Below, piece after piece: positions 60,627 to 64,000 of a DNA stretch of 64,000 bases (positions within the stretch are counted from its first letter, which is position 1; each line of letters starts with the position of its first letter). The notes under the pieces were generated by a model. It saw only the letters and a program-made list of their open reading frames with translations, searched no databases and had not been told where the DNA came from. Source of the DNA: Bilabrum cf. latius (lineage: Eukaryota); assembly GCA_965178125.1 (NCBI GenBank), contig OZ237776.1, forward strand, positions 434,001 to 498,000. Direction: 5' to 3'. Both the position numbers and the translations under genes were made by a program.

Positions 60627-62462
60627 ATGCTATCAAATTCTTTTGTTGTTGTAGCACTGCTGTGCAGCTGCGCATGCGCTGTTGGCACTCGCAAGCACCT
60701 GCTCTTCCTTTCGATTGATGATATGGCTCCAATCTATGGGGAGACGTATGGCCCGTCGTGGATCGACACGCCTTTCATTGACGAGCTGTCCCGCCGCGGT
60801 GTTGTGTTTGATCGTGCTTTCTGTCAGGCTGCGACTCGTGGCGTCAGCCGCTCGAGCTTTTTGACAGGAAGGCGCGTTGATACGACGGGAGTCTACAACA
60901 ACAACGAGTGCTTTTACAAGACTGGCGGCAACTGGACTTCCCTTCCTCACTATCTAAAATCAGTAGGAGGATACATTACGCGTGGATCCGGGAAAATATT
61001 TCATCCCGGGGTCTGCGAAGGCCTCGCAGTAGGCGAAGACGCCGCCGCTTGGACTCAGCCGTACTACCACTCGCCGTGCCCGCAGCACGGTAGCTTTCCG
61101 TGCGAAGACACCGGTGATCGTCCTTACGGGTGGTTTTCAAACCAAACTGCGACAGAGATGGACACGGCCGACGGGCTCATCGCCACCACGACCATCAACG
61201 AGATCCTGCAGGCTGGCAAGGAAATCCAGCGGGAGCACGAGCTCGGGCTAGAGGCCACCCCGAGGGCTTTTTTTTGCGGCATGCACAAGCCGCACCTGCC
61301 TCTTGTCTCGTAGACGCGCTTCTTTGACCAGTATCCCCCTGGGGTCGCGCCAAAACCTCCGAACCCGCTTCCCCCCACGGACCTCCCCTCCATCGCGTGG
61401 AACCCATCCGGCGAGATTCGATCCTACGATGACGTCAGAGACCAGACGAAGGACTACGGGCCCAACACGACGTTTCCAGCCAACCTGACCGCCACCCTCC
61501 GGCGCGCCTATGCCGCGGCGCTCAGTGGCACAGACGAGCAGGTGGGCCGGCTGGTGGGCGCACTCAGGGCCGCGGGCATGGAGAATGACACTTTGATCGT
61601 AATGGCAACCGACCATGGGTGGTCCAGAGGTGAGACCGTGTACTGCACTGCACTGCACTGCACTGCAATGAGATGCAGTTTGTCTGCCAAGCCTGCCTGT
61701 CTGCCTTGACAGCACTCAATGCTGCAACGAATCGACCACCTCGCCTACCGCCCTAGCGCCACTTCCCGACACCTCACAGGGAATAACAACGAGTGGGCCA
61801 AGCACACGATCTTCCACGCCGCAGTGCACTCCACCCTCCTGATCGTGGACCCCTCCCTGCCCCCCTCCCGCCGAGGGGTCAGGACCTCCGCCCTGGCGGA
61901 GCTCATCGACCTGTACCCAACCGTGGTGGATCTGCTGGGGCTGCCCGTGCCAGACCTGTGCCCACACAACTCAACGGACATACGCGCATGCGTAGAGGGG
62001 TCCTCGCTGCGGCCCGTGCTGGAGAACTCCGACTACGACAGCCCCCCGCTGCAGGGCGCTGCAGTGGTCGGCGAGGACCTCCACGGAAGGAGGGCAGTCG
62101 GGGCCAGCAATCCGGGGAGCGGGCTCGTGCCCGGCCCGTCCACTGGCCTCGTGTGGAAGAACAGCACCTTCTCGCAGTGGCCCAAGGACGATGACATGGG
62201 ATACAGCATCCGCACGGACAGGTGGAGGTACACCCGTTGGGTGGGCTTCGATTCCCACGCGCGGCAGGGCAAGTGGGACGAGCTCAAGGGGGAGGAGCTG
62301 TACGACCAGCAGGAGGATCCCTTCGAGATCACCAACAGGGCGGGGGACCCCGCGGTGGCAGCCAAGAAGGCGGAGCTGTTCGAGCAGCTCAAGCTCGGGT
62401 GGAGGGCTGCCCTGCCCAAGCAAGCGGGGGCAGCGCGTGATGGTGCGCGCAAGCAGGTCTGA
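60627..62462 (+). CDS. Iduronate-2-sulfatase-like sulfatase lacking the catalytic Cys
   Basis: Signal peptide; motifs LLFLSIDD, FCQAATRGVSRSSFLTGRR, GKIFH, HKPHLP, DHGW..G...EWAK, MGYSIRTDRWRYT and ELYD..DP.E..N. Intron 61630-61779; TAG 61311; ends TGA. Confidence 0.9.
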
Positions 62463-62634
62463 TGCGCTTTCCGGAATTGGCCTGGAGTTGTGCAACCAGT
62501 CCTGTCCGGGGCCACTACGATGGGGCAGCAGCGGTCAATGTAGAGCATGCAAGGCATGAAGGTGGCTTTCAGGCGAACCCAGTCCGACCCGGTTGTAGCA
62601 AGTACAACGTATTCAGTATACACACAGCTCGCAG

Positions 62635-64000
62635 TCAACCCCGACCCGGGTCGTCGTCCCCCACACCCGAGGCGGGCTGCTCCTGGGCTGCCCCCGCATT
62701 CGATCTACCTTCATCCATCCCCGCAGTTGCATCACCGCTCGCCAGTCGCTGCTCCCTTGCCCTGAGCGCCTCCTGGAACTGCGGGTTGGACTCCTCCATC
62801 TGCAGGTAGGCTTGTCCCTGCACCACGGTCCAGTACCTGTACTCGGGCCGGTTCCTCTGCTCCCAGTCCATCTCGCCCTCGAGGGACCGGATGATGCGCG
62901 CCTGCTCCAGCACCCACCTGTCCTCGGCCTGCTCCGCGATGTTCTGAAAGGTGTCGCTCATGCTGGCGATCAGAGTGTTGAGCAGCAGCACCGACATGAC
63001 CACCACATACCCCAGCAGGAGCCCCTGCGCCAGGGCACCCGTCACCACCCTCAGAGCGCCTGATACACTCCACACGCCCGCCCCTGCCCCCTCATCCCCA
63101 CCCACACCCGCATCTGCACCCCCTGCCAGCCAGTCCACTTCCTCATCAGCGCTCTCAGCCAGGTCATAGTCCTGCAGCACGATGCGGAAGGACTTGTACA
63201 GCCGCTGCATGAAGAGCCCTCCGCCACCCCCCAGCGCGGGGTCGTGCAGAGAGAAGGACGCCTGCGTATACCCCATGAGCAGGACCACCATGAGTACGCC
63301 GAAGCGGGCCACGTCCTTGCGCAGCATCTCATAGATTGCCACCACATAAGGCCCAGTTTCTGGAAAGCCAAGAACGAAAAACAACGTGCGGCCCCACGCG
63401 CCCAGCGCAGCACCAGTCAGTAGCAGCCGAAAGACGAGCCCAGCCAGCTCGGAATCGCCAAGCCATCCCCCGGCCACAGGCCCTGCATCTGCCCTGCACC
63501 ACGCCTCCTGCTCTTGCGACAAACCAGGGAACACACTTCCCGCCAACCAGCCCAGTGGCCGCCCCACATCCGAGCATACCACCGCCTGTGGCTGTCTCAG
63601 CACCGCCAGCACCGCCAGTGCCGCCACGCACGAGCTGAAGGTCAGTGCCGTGGTGTTCTCCACGAACCCAGCCCCCCTCACACTCAGGTACTCCCGGATG
63701 CCCTCCCTCGCCACCTCCATGCCCTCCACCATCAGCTTGGACAGAGCAAACGCAGTGACCCAGCCCTCCAGCAGCCCGGGGGCAACGCACGCCAGCCGGG
63801 CACGGAAATACGAATCTCCCACCAGCGTCAGCAGCACTGCGCTGGGCCCCGATCCATCGCTGGCACTCGGCGGATCCATCACTCGCAGGGCGCAGCTGTG
63901 CGTGTCCCGCAGCACCCAGGCGTGCTGTTCCCTGGCACCCACCGCCGAGGCCAGCACGATCCCCAGCACGAAGCACAGCAGCATCACTGCATGCTCCACG
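62635..64000 (-). CDS. TRP-family cation channel (TRPV/TRPA-like), 5'-truncated by the window edge
   Basis: GFPETGPYVVAIYEMLRKDVARF (S4-S5 linker), LLLNTLIASMSDTF (S6) and WVLEQARII (TRP helix). Ends TGA. Confidence 0.9.
   Translation of the reverse strand, partial: VEHAVMLLCFVLGIVLASAVGAREQHAWVLRDTHSCALRVMDPPSASDGSGPSAVLLTLVGDSYFRARLACVAPGLLEGWVTAFALSKLMVEGMEVAREGIREYLSVRGAGFVENTTALTFSSCVAALAVLAVLRQPQAVVCSDVGRPLGWLAGSVFPGLSQEQEAWCRADAGPVAGGWLGDSELAGLVFRLLLTGAALGAWGRTLFFVLGFPETGPYVVAIYEMLRKDVARFGVLMVVLLMGYTQASFSLHDPALGGGGGLFMQRLYKSFRIVLQDYDLAESADEEVDWLAGGADAGVGGDEGAGAGVWSVSGALRVVTGALAQGLLLGYVVVMSVLLLNTLIASMSDTFQNIAEQAEDRWVLEQARIIRSLEGEMDWEQRNRPEYRYWTVVQGQAYLQMEESNPQFQEALRAREQRLASGDATAGMDEGRSNAGAAQEQPASGVGDDDPGRG

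Noticed and set aside
1-64000. Suppressor tRNA-Gln(CUA) or other tRNA/rRNA genes
   Set aside because: I saw no convincing cloverleaf or rRNA sequence in the intergenic regions inspected by eye; a covariance-model scan is needed to exclude them.

Overview
This is a GC-rich, gene-dense nuclear genome segment of an aerobic eukaryote. It has short GT-AG introns (about 90-170 nt) and a probably mitochondrial 2-oxoglutarate dehydrogenase. The lineage cannot be assigned from this window. The dominant signal is a non-standard genetic code. Fragmented ORFs in the supplied track fall into long same-frame chains broken only by TAG, about 80 in-frame TAGs across about 20 genes by my hand count. No intact gene contains an internal TAA or TGA, and every reconstructed gene ends in TAA or TGA. 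TAG sits at conserved Gln positions (arylsulfatase GLQH, zDHHC3/7-type Q before the TTxE motif, AAA-ATPase GQPWLVN) and inside CAG/CAA runs. I therefore infer UAG=Gln with UAA and UGA kept as stops, a rare decoupling of UAA from UAG. Re-read this way, the window encodes: CDP-diacylglycerol synthase, a USP deubiquitinase, a Sep15/SelM-like protein, a large ankyrin protein, a DCC thiol-disulfide protein, OGDH E1, THOC7, a GT10 fucosyltransferase, a DHHC palmitoyltransferase, MINDY4, a secreted glycoside hydrolase, two sulfatases, an ABHD hydrolase, a possible 7TM channel/receptor, a TRP channel and several hypothetical proteins. There is also a frameshifted bacterial-type AAA ATPase, a degenerate lower-GC island (about 49.7-57.2 kb) with an OTU remnant and a non-autonomous hAT element, and several tandem repeats. 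All family assignments are from recalled motifs, not database searches.
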